DNA of 64,000 bases from a virus: the IMG/VR virus record IMGVR_UViG_3300013006_000018; one strand, 5' to 3'. Position 1 is the stretch's first letter. Each line of letters begins with the position of its first letter. Under the pieces are notes generated by a model. It made no database searches, was not told the DNA's origin, and worked only from the letters and a program-made list of their open reading frames with translations. Shown one piece after another: positions 17,878-27,794 of the stretch. Both the position numbers and the translations under genes were made by a program.

Positions 17878-18691
17878 ATATTTTTTGTTTATAATTCATA
17901 TTATCATGAATATCAGTAACATCGAATCTATCCTTATGATTTAATGTAAGAATATTAAAAATTAACTCTTCTGAAGGTATGACATTATCAAGCATAAACT
18001 TTTTATATAGATCCCAGTACGGATTATAGAATTCATTTAATACGTCCTTATGCCCGCCCCAGAAGAATCCAAATATACATTTATTGAGATCAATACTGTT
18101 ATTAACAACAGAATAATTGTCTATATTGAATCTCCATAATTGCGATATGTTAGGCCCACCGAGTCTATAGATTAGAAATTTATTCTTCGAGAGTCTACTT
18201 GCTAAATTCTCAGAAAACATCTCACTATTTTCTTGTGTATTCAAATCACAGAGCATCCCAGCTGTAAATTGGCAATCAGCCCAGACAAAGTACTCTGAAT
18301 TAAACGGGTTCCGTTCCATAGCATCCTTTATCAAGTAATACTTCATTAAAACTAAAGGTGCATAATGCATTAGTAAGTTTATAATACCATTCTTATAAAC
18401 TTCCGGTTCTTTATATTTCTCAAGAAAGAGATCTTTCTCTATTAATTTTTCCATTAAAAGTTCTTTCGTCCAAGGGATACTCACAAAATTTGATTCATTT
18501 CTATTATCGGGAATATACACATCTGTAAAGGAATTGTATGAAACGAGTGGAAGGTAAGTATCTAAATTTTTTCTATAACCGCTCTCATATATAGAAAAGT
18601 CTCGTCTGAAAAGAGGATGCTCAATTTTATCCCTATCCAAATTTGTACAGCAGGTGACGTATGTAACTTTATGAGTCATATCTACGGCCAA
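17843..18691 (-). CDS. HtrL/YibB-family glycosyltransferase-like protein
   Basis: TYVT..NLDR, NPFNSEYFVWAD, GFFWGG, PSEE. Confidence 0.7.
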   Translation of the reverse strand: MAVDMTHKVTYVTCCTNLDRDKIEHPLFRRDFSIYESGYRKNLDTYLPLVSYNSFTDVYIPDNRNESNFVSIPWTKELLMEKLIEKDLFLEKYKEPEVYKNGIINLLMHYAPLVLMKYYLIKDAMERNPFNSEYFVWADCQFTAGMLCDLNTQENSEMFSENLASRLSKNKFLIYRLGGPNISQLWRFNIDNYSVVNNSIDLNKCIFGFFWGGHKDVLNEFYNPYWDLYKKFMLDNVIPSEELIFNILTLNHKDRFDVTDIHDNMNYKQKIFENVTNPGFQR

Positions 18692-19436
18692 ACTTCACGT
18701 TGTTCACTTCATAGTATTTATCTGTATAGACTGGAATGTGATAGAAAGGGTCATTTAAATTTTTTGCGTGGCCTAGATGGACTGGGCCTTTGTTAGTTTT
18801 TGTATACCACGCTTGCTTGTTTTTTATACGCATCAATGCTTCGTCATCTTCTGCACCCCAGGTTAGAAATTGCTCATTAAACCCGCCTACGTCTTTTAAG
18901 GCTTTTGTACCACAAATAAAGAAGCCGCCCATGGTTCCAAAGCCGGCGCTGTGTCTATAGTTGAAGTTACCATTAAGAACATTAGATTCTATATCTTCAA
19001 ACTTCTCATTGTTTAGATTAAAATCTATAAATTGATACCTCTTTTCTAATGCAATATCTATCAATTGGTATGTAAAGACAGCGTTCTGTTCATAAGACGC
19101 GACAACATCTTCCTTGAACTCATTATAATAGCTTTTATGAAAGTAACAATCCGAATCAATAATAGCAAATACGTCTGTATCGTTTTCAGTATGGTTTAAT
19201 GCATAGTTAATCTTTTTGCTTCTTTGATAGTATTGCTCATTTAACGGGATGTGAATCGAATCGTCAATATTTTTGTTGACAGAGAAATCGAACAAAAAGC
19301 ATTTTGAAGGTATGCCGTTACTATTTAAAAAAGAAACAAGATCTTTACTTCTGTTCCAACAAAATTTGGTATTTTCTAGGCGTACGGGATCACCGTTATC
19401 CCAGAACAGCATGTTGAGAGAAAATGAGGGAGCCAC
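18669..19436 (-). CDS. Galactosyltransferase-like GT-A enzyme (GT2/GT7 C-terminal)
   Basis: IIDSDC DxD motif; VGGFNEQFLTWGAEDDE. Confidence 0.8.
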   Translation of the reverse strand: MAPSFSLNMLFWDNGDPVRLENTKFCWNRSKDLVSFLNSNGIPSKCFLFDFSVNKNIDDSIHIPLNEQYYQRSKKINYALNHTENDTDVFAIIDSDCYFHKSYYNEFKEDVVASYEQNAVFTYQLIDIALEKRYQFIDFNLNNEKFEDIESNVLNGNFNYRHSAGFGTMGGFFICGTKALKDVGGFNEQFLTWGAEDDEALMRIKNKQAWYTKTNKGPVHLGHAKNLNDPFYHIPVYTDKYYEVNNVKFGRRYDS

Positions 19437-19440
19437 TCTT

Positions 19441-20694
19441 TCAGCTTACTACATTAGCAAGAGCCCCTGTAATAGGATCTTGCCAACCTTTTGAAATACT
19501 ATGAGGCCAAACAATCCAGCTAGACGGCGTTACTTCCGTATTAAATTCACGCCACACTTTGCAATACTTATCCGGGTCGTTAAACATACGCTCGATCTCT
19601 TCCTTATCAGCATCTTTCCTATACAAGTCATTACCATCTTTATCCTTAAACGCTACACACCAGAAATCGTAATCCTTGTGAGGTACCTTATCATATCCCA
19701 CATCAATGCAATGCTTGAATATCCGGAGGAAGGACTTTTCCCAGTCTGCTTCGGAAGCGTAATTATACGGGTTAGGAGCGAGTTCATTATCTATAGTATA
19801 TTTTTGAACTGCTCTCTTCTTAAAGTGTAAGCCGGCATACCTTTCGTAATCACGTAGTGTGCGCTTCTTACCGAAGCCATACTTACTAAAGTCAGCATCT
19901 CTTTTTTCACCATCCATTTCAAACAGTTTTCTATTACGTAAATGGCATCTATTATTTTTTTCAACCCAGTTCTTATCATCATCCCACTGCTTGGTACGGC
20001 CCTTACGAGTATATTCATGCCATATAACAACACGATGAGGATGAAACAAATCATAACCATGGGTATAAGCACGAACTGCAATACTTATTTCCTCTCCGTG
20101 AAAGTAATATTCCGGATCGTGGGGTACTTCTTTGCAGAACTTACCTAATGTAAAGCAAAAATGAGCAGAGTAAAATCTCGCTGGAATTGGCTCATTTCTT
20201 TGTTGAAAATCATCTATAGATGCAGGTAGGAAGAAAACAGCTCCTTCAGGAATAAACCTATCAAAATTCATCTTCCAAGGTATCTGAATACGCGCAGCAG
20301 GGTCATTATCCGGATCAAAACTAGGAATATAACCGGTTAAAAGAGGCTTCTTATGTCCCTTCTTTTTTAGTTGCTTAATCATCTTAATTAAAATATCATC
20401 CCAATCCTGTACAAAGCGGTGATGGCTATCTAGCTGTAAAGTATAATCTTCATCTTTATAATACTGTTGAATCATATTACGAGCCCAGCAGGTGCCTTGG
20501 CTCTTTTCAAAGGGTACATCTAAAAAGATAAATCTCTCATCATCCTTAAACTTACTAATATCATCTTTATCATCGTGCTGCCAGCAAACACAAATCTTTA
20601 ATTCATCCGGGAATTTAGCTTTTGCTACTAAATCTGTGAGGGTAGGAATTAACTGAGGGTCTCTATAAGAGGCTATCTGTACAAATATCGACAT
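19441..20694 (-). CDS. GT60-family protein O-alpha-GlcNAc transferase (Gnt1/OGNT-like)
   Basis: IFVQIASYRDP, SQGTCWARN, LQLDSHHRF..DWD, SAHFCF, VPHDP..FHGEE..AVRAYTHGYDLF, WHEY, RTLRDYERYAG. Confidence 0.88.
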   Translation of the reverse strand: MSIFVQIASYRDPQLIPTLTDLVAKAKFPDELKICVCWQHDDKDDISKFKDDERFIFLDVPFEKSQGTCWARNMIQQYYKDEDYTLQLDSHHRFVQDWDDILIKMIKQLKKKGHKKPLLTGYIPSFDPDNDPAARIQIPWKMNFDRFIPEGAVFFLPASIDDFQQRNEPIPARFYSAHFCFTLGKFCKEVPHDPEYYFHGEEISIAVRAYTHGYDLFHPHRVVIWHEYTRKGRTKQWDDDKNWVEKNNRCHLRNRKLFEMDGEKRDADFSKYGFGKKRTLRDYERYAGLHFKKRAVQKYTIDNELAPNPYNYASEADWEKSFLRIFKHCIDVGYDKVPHKDYDFWCVAFKDKDGNDLYRKDADKEEIERMFNDPDKYCKVWREFNTEVTPSSWIVWPHSISKGWQDPITGALANVVS

Positions 20695-20735
20695 ATGTTT
20701 ATTTTATGATACGCGATTTAAATATCCATCACAGG

Positions 20736-21173
20736 TTAAGCAGTAGCATTAAATGCTTTGCTAAATGTGGTTACTGCATCTACTTCCTTACTTACACTAG
20801 TATAGGATTCATAATCACCGTAAGGGTCATCCTGCGTAGCGATCGCTGCTGTGGGCGTTTTCTTAATTTTTTCGTTTATAAGACAAAAGAGTTGATTTGT
20901 CGTAACATCTGCAAATGCTCTATTAATAAAATCCTTGATTTGAGCCACAGTAACTTTACCCTTAAGCTCTGTAAAGGGATCCGCATAGAGTCCAAATACA
21001 AAATGTGGTAAATATTTCATAGTAATAAGAGCACAGTCTTTAATAACATGGTATGCGGCCGGGTTTAGGATTTGAACGCCTGTGTCGGGTGCTGTACTTG
21101 CTTTAGTAGCTGGGTTATAAAGTTTTGCCTCTTTCGCCTTACTATTTTGTACGATGATTTCTTCAAACGTCAT
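20736..21173 (-). CDS. Hypothetical protein
   Basis: ORF coupled to the nuclease gene. Confidence 0.6.
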   Translation of the reverse strand: MTFEEIIVQNSKAKEAKLYNPATKASTAPDTGVQILNPAAYHVIKDCALITMKYLPHFVFGLYADPFTELKGKVTVAQIKDFINRAFADVTTNQLFCLINEKIKKTPTAAIATQDDPYGDYESYTSVSKEVDAVTTFSKAFNATA

Positions 21174-21910
21174 ACGAGTAACTTATCTACCTCATTCTTT
21201 ATTTCACGGTAAGCATCTTGTTGCCTATAGTTATCTAGAATCTTTTTTGCTTCTGACTTTAAGTAAGGGATAGGGTATAATGTAAAATCTCGTTCATCCC
21301 TGTCGTAGTATATTACGCCAAACTGAGAAGGTTTGAGACCTGTCATATTCGCATACATAAATGCATATATAGACACTTGCAGACTGTATATGTTATATTC
21401 ACAATCTGTGAGATGCTGTACAGGTGGTTTTAGAAACTTACCGTATATACTTGTAAGATTAAATTTTTTGTTTGTCTTAAAATCGTACAAAGAGAATAGA
21501 CCCCTATCCTCATTCTTTATAACATCCGCGGTGCCTGCGACTTTATATTCATGGCAAAACAGCTTATGTTCATAAAGGCAATCATCACAATTTTTAAATA
21601 GACCCAGGCTGTTGAGGGATTTTACTATAGCTGCTTGTTCCGTATCATTCTTATCGTATACGCCATTCTTATTGTAGTCTTCTATGATCTTATGTATTCG
21701 GGTGCCAAATTCCTTACTTTCATTATTATTCTTTTTCCATTTGTCCTTAATATCCTGAATGGCGACACCCTCTCTATGTGCTACACGAGCAGCATTCTTT
21801 TCTAAATCAAAAGCTTCTTTATATCGACTAAGAAGAGTCGTTGTTGAAATATACATTTCATTAGTTTTAGAATGCCGATAGGTATGCGCCTGTTCGTCGA
21901 AGATTAACAT
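21170..21910 (-). CDS. PD-(D/E)XK exonuclease (Cas4/RecB-like phage nuclease)
   Basis: FDEQAHTY, GTRIHKIIE, VAGTAD, DFKTNK, YSLQVSIYA. Confidence 0.85.
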   Translation of the reverse strand: MLIFDEQAHTYRHSKTNEMYISTTTLLSRYKEAFDLEKNAARVAHREGVAIQDIKDKWKKNNNESKEFGTRIHKIIEDYNKNGVYDKNDTEQAAIVKSLNSLGLFKNCDDCLYEHKLFCHEYKVAGTADVIKNEDRGLFSLYDFKTNKKFNLTSIYGKFLKPPVQHLTDCEYNIYSLQVSIYAFMYANMTGLKPSQFGVIYYDRDERDFTLYPIPYLKSEAKKILDNYRQQDAYREIKNEVDKLLV

Positions 21911-21940
21911 TCAATTATTATATGAAATGAATTTAACTAT

Positions 21941-22144
21941 TCAAGAGATAACATAAACGCACGTGAACGTCCAACCTAATGTCGTTTTGTGAATAAGAGA
22001 GCAACCCATCTTCGTAAGCCTGTTGTTTAATACTTCGTACCATTGTTCGTCGATATTAAGAATAATAGAATTTCGCTTACTGTCGATTAAGATATCGTCA
22101 GTAAACTCTTCGCATACTGCAAGGCAGTTGCTTGCTAGCTTCAT
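21941..22144 (-). CDS. Hypothetical protein
   Basis: ORF; TAAATA 22150-22155. Confidence 0.55.
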   Translation of the reverse strand: MKLASNCLAVCEEFTDDILIDSKRNSIILNIDEQWYEVLNNRLTKMGCSLIHKTTLGWTFTCVYVIS

Positions 22145-22152
22145 GTAAATAT

Positions 22153-22380
22153 TTAGTCATTTTCATCACAATCTTCATCATTTTCTTTTACATCTTCTAT
22201 ATTTAGGTCAGTTTCTATTTGGACGTTAGACTGTTGTGTACCAAGGCGTAACAAAGATAATAAAATATCGATTTCACTACCTTTAAGGTAAAGTATACCT
22301 ACATCTTTTTTGTTTATAAAAACAGAAACATGTGAAGAATCGCCAACCTGAGTTACAGCCTTCAATTCAACTAAATTCAT
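22153..22380 (-). CDS. Hypothetical protein
   Basis: ORF in a coupled series. Confidence 0.55.
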   Translation of the reverse strand: MNLVELKAVTQVGDSSHVSVFINKKDVGILYLKGSEIDILLSLLRLGTQQSNVQIETDLNIEDVKENDEDCDEND

Positions 22381-22550
22381 TTATTTTTTTGTTCTGCACT
22401 CTGCAATATAACAATAAGCTTATTAAATACGGTACCTACTGGGATAAACTCATTAGCTCTAAAAACACCTCTCGTAGAGCAAGTATCTATTAAGCCGGCT
22501 AAGAGCTTAATATCTTCTAAGGTTAAAGACGTCGATATTTCTTGTTCCAT
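22377..22550 (-). CDS. Small conserved phage protein, 57 aa (absent from the ORF track)
   Basis: MEQEISTSLTLEDIKLLAGLIDTCSTRGVFRANEFIPVGTVFNKL...; ATGA overlap with the next gene; TAAATA upstream. Confidence 0.7.
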   Translation of the reverse strand: MEQEISTSLTLEDIKLLAGLIDTCSTRGVFRANEFIPVGTVFNKLIVILQSAEQKNK

Positions 22551-22576
22551 ATCTCTTATTTATTTATCCTGTTATC

Positions 22577-22780
22577 TTATTCAAGAAAGCCTTTTTCATT
22601 GTCGTAGACAACACCGTCTTCAGAATTTAAAATTTGACTAATATCCTCTTCATACAAATCGATTATATCTAAAGCTTTCTTATGTGCATCATAAACACTA
22701 TCGGCATTTATGTTTACTTTCTTTTCTTCTTTTCCAGACAATTGATTGCTGACTATTGCTGTATATTTTTCTATGAACAT
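22577..22780 (-). CDS. Hypothetical protein
   Basis: ORF. Confidence 0.55.
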   Translation of the reverse strand: MFIEKYTAIVSNQLSGKEEKKVNINADSVYDAHKKALDIIDLYEEDISQILNSEDGVVYDNEKGFLE

Positions 22781-22824
22781 ATATCTATTTTATAAAATAA
22801 AAATCTGAAATCAATGGAACTATA

Positions 22825-23154
22825 CTAGTTATATTTATGGTCAATAAAAGACTTGTAGAGGTACGCTATGGCTGGGTATGTTAATGCGGTGAGAAAAGCG
22901 TACAGCATAGTTATATCGAGAAGTCTTGATGTAATAAAACCTACAGCTAAAGATGTCCAGAATGAAAAGCAAATATAACATGACGAAAGCTTACCAAGCC
23001 ATTTATTTCTTACTAGCAGATATGTATCAAACTGTTCGTTCATATAGATTTGCGGTGAGATGAAGCCGCCTATTGTTGCCTTGAGGGGACCATAGAACCA
23101 TATTAAGAGAACCGTGAGAGTAATGAGAAGCCCTAGTATATAAATCTCTAACAT
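22825..23154 (-). CDS. Small membrane protein with CxxC (DUF1360-like)
   Basis: TM helices; LGKLSSCYICFSFW. Confidence 0.6.
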   Translation of the reverse strand: MLEIYILGLLITLTVLLIWFYGPLKATIGGFISPQIYMNEQFDTYLLVRNKWLGKLSSCYICFSFWTSLAVGFITSRLLDITMLYAFLTALTYPAIAYLYKSFIDHKYN

Positions 23155-23156
23155 AT

Positions 23157-23378
23157 TTACGCTTGCGGGTTTGGAGGTGTGTTAGCTTTTGACAGTTCCT
23201 TCCAAATAGCTTCTATATATCTTGACTTTAAATTGGCCTTTGCACAGCTACTGCAACCTGTTGTAGTTAGATTTGTCAATTCGTCATTATACTTCTTACG
23301 TATTTCTTCACACATAGGAATATCGCTTGGACAAGGCTTACTGCTATCAAAGAATGTATCTATAAGCTGCGTATTCAT
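23157..23378 (-). CDS. 4-Cys miniprotein A
   Basis: PCP-x5-C...GCSSC; paralog of 30553..30768; TATAAATA upstream. Confidence 0.65.
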   Translation of the reverse strand: MNTQLIDTFFDSSKPCPSDIPMCEEIRKKYNDELTNLTTTGCSSCAKANLKSRYIEAIWKELSKANTPPNPQA

Positions 23379-24049
23379 GTAAAGTTATTTATATCGGCTA
23401 GAGCTAAAAGACCACTGTGTTTACCATATTGTAGATCAAAGACAATATTCTTGTTACTGTAGTGATTACAAAGCTTTAGTAGTCGTTTGTCCAGATTAAT
23501 GCTTGTTGTTTGTTTATAAATTTCAAAATCAAAGATGTTACTTACCCAAAAGTATATATCGTCCTGTACTACAGGAAGCACTTCAAAATTTTTAATTAGA
23601 TCAAGATGTATAAATTCTTTTTCGACTTCCAGAAATTTATCCCATGCCTTTAAGAATAATTTTTTTGATTGAAACCAGGTCTTGATCGTAGTATCTAATT
23701 TTTGGTCATAATATGATAAGTCTAGAGAGTTAACATCGGTCTTAAAGATTGAGTCATAATATATGTTTTTAAAACCACGCACTACACCAGACATGTTACA
23801 GCCTTTAAAATTAGCGATAAAATATTTATAAAATTCTAGTTGTGTAAGACTAATATCAAAGAAGAACATCTTCTTAAAATTTTGACCTTCAGAAATTTTA
23901 ACTGGCTTAAAGCCACAAGAAGGGCCAATAAAAATATTATATTTCTTAGTTGTAGAATACACAGGTTCAGAATTAAAAACTCTCGCATAGTCGTTTAATT
24001 TAAGAAGCTGAATAGAATAAGGCGCAGTTTTATATTTCTCTAAATTCAT
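23375..24049 (-). CDS. Hypothetical protein, possibly methyltransferase-like Rossmann fold
   Basis: IGPSCGF, FFDIS, HLDLI, WVSNIF pattern. Confidence 0.45.
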   Translation of the reverse strand: MNLEKYKTAPYSIQLLKLNDYARVFNSEPVYSTTKKYNIFIGPSCGFKPVKISEGQNFKKMFFFDISLTQLEFYKYFIANFKGCNMSGVVRGFKNIYYDSIFKTDVNSLDLSYYDQKLDTTIKTWFQSKKLFLKAWDKFLEVEKEFIHLDLIKNFEVLPVVQDDIYFWVSNIFDFEIYKQTTSINLDKRLLKLCNHYSNKNIVFDLQYGKHSGLLALADINNFT

Positions 24050-25344
24050 ACTTTCCCATTAAAATTCATATAGCTATTTACCATATGCTTAAAATCACTC
24101 AAATCACTCTTAATAATGCTATCTAACCATTTCTCGGTAAAATACATATTGTCTTTTCTTTTCGTTAGCTCATCATTAAAGACATTTATATTTAAATTAT
24201 GTAGTCTAGATAACTCTGAAAGAAAATTATATTTCTCCGGAGACATTGCTCTTAGTTTGTCCAATACATTCATATCTTGTGTCTCGATCCTGCGCTTATG
24301 TGTCTTTTTAAAGAAGTCTATGACATCCATAAGCGAGTTGTAATTTTCGTTTTTTGGTAGAAATTTATTTATAATAGAAATATTTGTCTCGTAGAAATCG
24401 GTAATACTTTTTAGTTCCCTAGCTCCTAACGCCTCTATAGATAATTCGTTGGGGTTATTAACATGATGAAAGTAAATCTTTGCATCATGCTTGTTAGCAA
24501 AGATTATTAAATTGATTAAATCCGTAGCATTTGTAGTGCAGATAACAGAAGAAATATAAAAGTTCTTCTTTCTCTTTGTCAGGACAGTGTTAAATTTTTT
24601 ACAATTCTCGCTGACAATTGCAAAAGAAGCATTTTTTCTAATTTCTTCATAGACTTGTTTGGTGCCGCCATCTATCGATACACTCAAATTAATGTTAAGC
24701 TTATTAAGGATTTGCTCGGTCTTATTTGAAAAAACAGTTCCGTTAGTTTGAATATAAAGCTCTGCAGTAGACTTGTTCTTTAATAGAATATCAAATATTT
24801 TGTCATAAATAGAGATTAAGAATGGTTCTCCGCCAAAGAAGTTTATTTGTTTAGCATTTAAAACAAAAGGTGTTATTTCGTTTATAAAGCTTTCAGTATT
24901 ATATGGAGAATTATAGGCAGGCATTTTTTCCCTATTTTTTCTTATAGAAGAAGAAAATTTACCGCTACACATGATACATTCTAGATTGCATTTATTATCT
25001 AATTCTAAATCTAGCTTATAAGGATATTTCAAGTCCCTATAATCTCCTTCCATATCGTACTGCGGTATTTTAAGTAATTTAAATTTCTCTAGATTTAAAA
25101 AATATTCACATGCAAAACATCCTTTCTTAAAAGAGAAGCTATCGACTTCTTTTCTTATGCTCTTGTATTTTTCACCATTCCAAATCTCTTCTAACGTTTG
25201 TTCAGGGTATCTTCCAACCTCATAATACCTATTCGCGCAGCATACCGTTGCAGCACCATTATGACCGAGGTATAAGTTTGTATGTGGGGCGTGACAGAGT
25301 GTACCAATACTCTTTCTTCTAGAAAGAAACTCAGTCTTAGTCAT
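24046..25344 (-). CDS. Radical SAM protein with N-terminal SPASM/twitch domain
   Basis: CNLECIMC; GGEPF; TNGT; SIDG; N-terminal C..P...VCC...EIWNG...CFAC. Confidence 0.88.
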   Translation of the reverse strand: MTKTEFLSRRKSIGTLCHAPHTNLYLGHNGAATVCCANRYYEVGRYPEQTLEEIWNGEKYKSIRKEVDSFSFKKGCFACEYFLNLEKFKLLKIPQYDMEGDYRDLKYPYKLDLELDNKCNLECIMCSGKFSSSIRKNREKMPAYNSPYNTESFINEITPFVLNAKQINFFGGEPFLISIYDKIFDILLKNKSTAELYIQTNGTVFSNKTEQILNKLNINLSVSIDGGTKQVYEEIRKNASFAIVSENCKKFNTVLTKRKKNFYISSVICTTNATDLINLIIFANKHDAKIYFHHVNNPNELSIEALGARELKSITDFYETNISIINKFLPKNENYNSLMDVIDFFKKTHKRRIETQDMNVLDKLRAMSPEKYNFLSELSRLHNLNINVFNDELTKRKDNMYFTEKWLDSIIKSDLSDFKHMVNSYMNFNGKV

Positions 25345-25888
25345 TGACTTTAAAACTCAAGGAAAGTGAAATTTTTGATGAGTTAGAAAAATTGTATACT
25401 GAATGCATTTTAAAAAGATCAAAAATAATATAATCACCTGGGGTTTTTATTGTTTTATATTCATTCTCTGTTTCGTACAAGCAATAGTTATCAAGTTCGT
25501 TCAAAAGAACATGAAAAATATGAAAATTATCTTTTTCATGTTTATGTCTAGGAAAGTAAGATTGGTTATTTAAAATACAGAAGTTGACTGTGTAAATTTG
25601 AAATTTTTCACTAATATTAGATTGTATGCAGGATAGTGTCAGGGGATAAGTTTTTGCTGTTTTTTGTGTGAGGAGATCCGTATTATCGAATATGGGAATT
25701 GAGACCCACGGTATTGTATTCTTCTCGTTACTATTAAACACAGCAACATCATCTTTACCATTGTTCTTATAATAGTACTTTACAAATAACGACGAGTCAT
25801 TTTTTACAAATTCATCTAAGAAAACTGCATGTTGTGATTGTATTTCTTTTAGGAAAGGAAAATCTTCAACAGAATAGAAACAACTCAT
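25337..25888 (-). CDS. Aspartyl/asparaginyl beta-hydroxylase-like cupin
   Basis: PRHKH ... IFD...HSVYN.S. Confidence 0.7.
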   Translation of the reverse strand: MSCFYSVEDFPFLKEIQSQHAVFLDEFVKNDSSLFVKYYYKNNGKDDVAVFNSNEKNTIPWVSIPIFDNTDLLTQKTAKTYPLTLSCIQSNISEKFQIYTVNFCILNNQSYFPRHKHEKDNFHIFHVLLNELDNYCLYETENEYKTIKTPGDYIIFDLFKMHSVYNFSNSSKISLSLSFKVND

Positions 25889-25890
25889 TA

Positions 25891-26361
25891 TTATAAGAGG
25901 TTTGTTTTATCGACTGCTTTAAAAAAACGGTTAGCCTGTACGAGCGACTTTATATTCGGAATTTTTTCTAATTTTAGTCTAAAAATTGTACCTTCTTGAA
26001 ATGGAGAATTTTCGTGCGCGATTTTTACTGTCGCATTTGCATAAAAGATGTCTTTTTCCATTAAATCCTTAATCTTTATCTTGGTCTGAAATGCGTCTTT
26101 TTCATCACAGCTACATGTATTTGTACTGTATAGATAGTTGTCAATAATTTTAAAAGCTAGTTTAAAGTTATCTTTCTTCTGACTAAACGTTTTAACTTTT
26201 TTATTTTCTATTAAACAATAGCAATACTTGTTTTCCATATGCTTCTTCTCACTTCTTACGTCACATGTGCTCGGGTCTATAATTTTCTTGACTTTACAAG
26301 TGTCTACATCAATCATGGTAATCTTAAAAAAGACACAGTTTACTTTAATATTGTTTTTCAT
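25891..26361 (-). CDS. Cys-containing hypothetical protein
   Basis: ORF within the operon. Confidence 0.5.
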   Translation of the reverse strand: MKNNIKVNCVFFKITMIDVDTCKVKKIIDPSTCDVRSEKKHMENKYCYCLIENKKVKTFSQKKDNFKLAFKIIDNYLYSTNTCSCDEKDAFQTKIKIKDLMEKDIFYANATVKIAHENSPFQEGTIFRLKLEKIPNIKSLVQANRFFKAVDKTNLL

Positions 26362-26365
26362 TTCG

Positions 26366-27202
26366 TCAGTATAGATTTTTTTCTAATTTAGTTGTAAATT
26401 TATGATAGTTTTCGTATCTCTCTTTTGCAACTATAGTTCGGTTACAGTTAATATCTTCTTTTTTATTTGGATTGTAGTTTAAGAGTATCTCGGGGGTCAT
26501 TTCAAGTTCTTCCAACCCATTCTGTGTCTGTTGGTAAATAAATAATTTTTCCGACTTAGGTATAATCCCTAGTCCGATGGCTATTCTCATATTATGATTT
26601 ACAGGTGTTGAGACAGAGCCATGTACTACACGTGGATACATTGTAATAACATCACCTGCATCTAGGGGCAGTAATATTTTTGATCTCTTTAAAAGCTCCT
26701 CCTTATAGTTGTTGAGCCTTAAAGTGAAATCTATACCCCGTATGAAGTTTAAGAGTGTTTTATGGGTCTCAGGTACTACATACAGCGGCGCGGTTTTTTC
26801 ATCGAGGTCATCCAGAGCGAACCATACAGTAAGAGATGATGTTTCCAGAGACTCTCTTACCAGAGAAATATCTTGATGTACCTTACACTCATTGTCGCCA
26901 CCCGGGTATTTAACAATATAATTACCTACTGAAATTTTATAATCTGAAAAGTTACTCTCTATAAATGGGGTAAGGCTTTTTAATAAAAATTGGTATACAT
27001 CACGTTTATAGTCAAGATTTTCACTCATAGCCGTGTTAACGTGAGTTATGTTTTTATCAATATATTTTTGTAGATTAGAGCTTTTAAAGGTTGATAGGTA
27101 ATATTGTTTTAAATCTGCTAATACTGTTTTTGATATACTATTTTTTAGTATAACAAACCCGTCGTCCAATAAACACTTATTAAGTTTTTTATCTAGTAGC
27201 AT
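26366..27202 (-). CDS. Phytanoyl-CoA dioxygenase (PhyH)-family 2OG-Fe(II) oxygenase
   Basis: DGFVILKN, VHQD, WFALDD, VPETH, AGD...VVHGS. Confidence 0.85.
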   Translation of the reverse strand: MLLDKKLNKCLLDDGFVILKNSISKTVLADLKQYYLSTFKSSNLQKYIDKNITHVNTAMSENLDYKRDVYQFLLKSLTPFIESNFSDYKISVGNYIVKYPGGDNECKVHQDISLVRESLETSSLTVWFALDDLDEKTAPLYVVPETHKTLLNFIRGIDFTLRLNNYKEELLKRSKILLPLDAGDVITMYPRVVHGSVSTPVNHNMRIAIGLGIIPKSEKLFIYQQTQNGLEELEMTPEILLNYNPNKKEDINCNRTIVAKERYENYHKFTTKLEKNLY

Positions 27203-27215
27203 AATATTATTAAAT

Positions 27216-27223
27216 TATAAATA
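27216..27223 (+). promoter_or_regulatory. T4-type late promoter TATAAATA, 5 nt before GTG 27229
   Basis: Exact T4 late consensus. Confidence 0.65.
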
Positions 27224-27228
27224 ATTAT

Positions 27229-27780
27229 GTGAATTACTTAGATTTCAATGCGTTTGCTTGTCCATATATCTATATAAGTACAAGATATTATTGTAATAGG
27301 GGGTTGACATACTTTGAGAATTCTGATACAAGCTTTGAGTTATCTAGATATATTCTAACTAAGAAGGATTATGTAGGTAATACTTATTTTGACTACGAAA
27401 TGAAATCACTTGTACCGTCTAATGTTGAAGGTGGCGGAGATAGCAGCTTTCGTCTAATGCATATTCCAGAGAAGAAAATACTTTTAACCATTGAACAAGG
27501 TATAATTATAGAAGATTCTATTTTAGCGGATTTAGAAAGTAACGAGGAATATATAAATATTGTCCTAACTAACAGTGGTGCTTTTATAACAGGGGAACTC
27601 CAGCAATGCGGTGTAGGTATTTATAAAGTTAAATATACATACAAGAACAATGAAGCCGTAACTGACGACAACTCTATTAATTGTGAAAGTCGAATATTTT
27701 TATCAGATACCAATATTGAACCGGCTTTTGATAGCGAAGGCTATATTCTTCCTGCATCTAATTTAGCAAGCCCGATTTAA
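27229..27780 (+). CDS. Hypothetical late protein
   Basis: ORF with GTG start directly after the late box. Confidence 0.6.
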   Translation: MNYLDFNAFACPYIYISTRYYCNRGLTYFENSDTSFELSRYILTKKDYVGNTYFDYEMKSLVPSNVEGGGDSSFRLMHIPEKKILLTIEQGIIIEDSILADLESNEEYINIVLTNSGAFITGELQQCGVGIYKVKYTYKNNEAVTDDNSINCESRIFLSDTNIEPAFDSEGYILPASNLASPI

Positions 27781-27794
27781 CTAACTTTGTAAAA

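Noticed and set aside
21170-21910. Cas4-like nuclease as part of a CRISPR-Cas system
   Set aside because: No other cas genes or array; solo PD-(D/E)XK nucleases are common in phages
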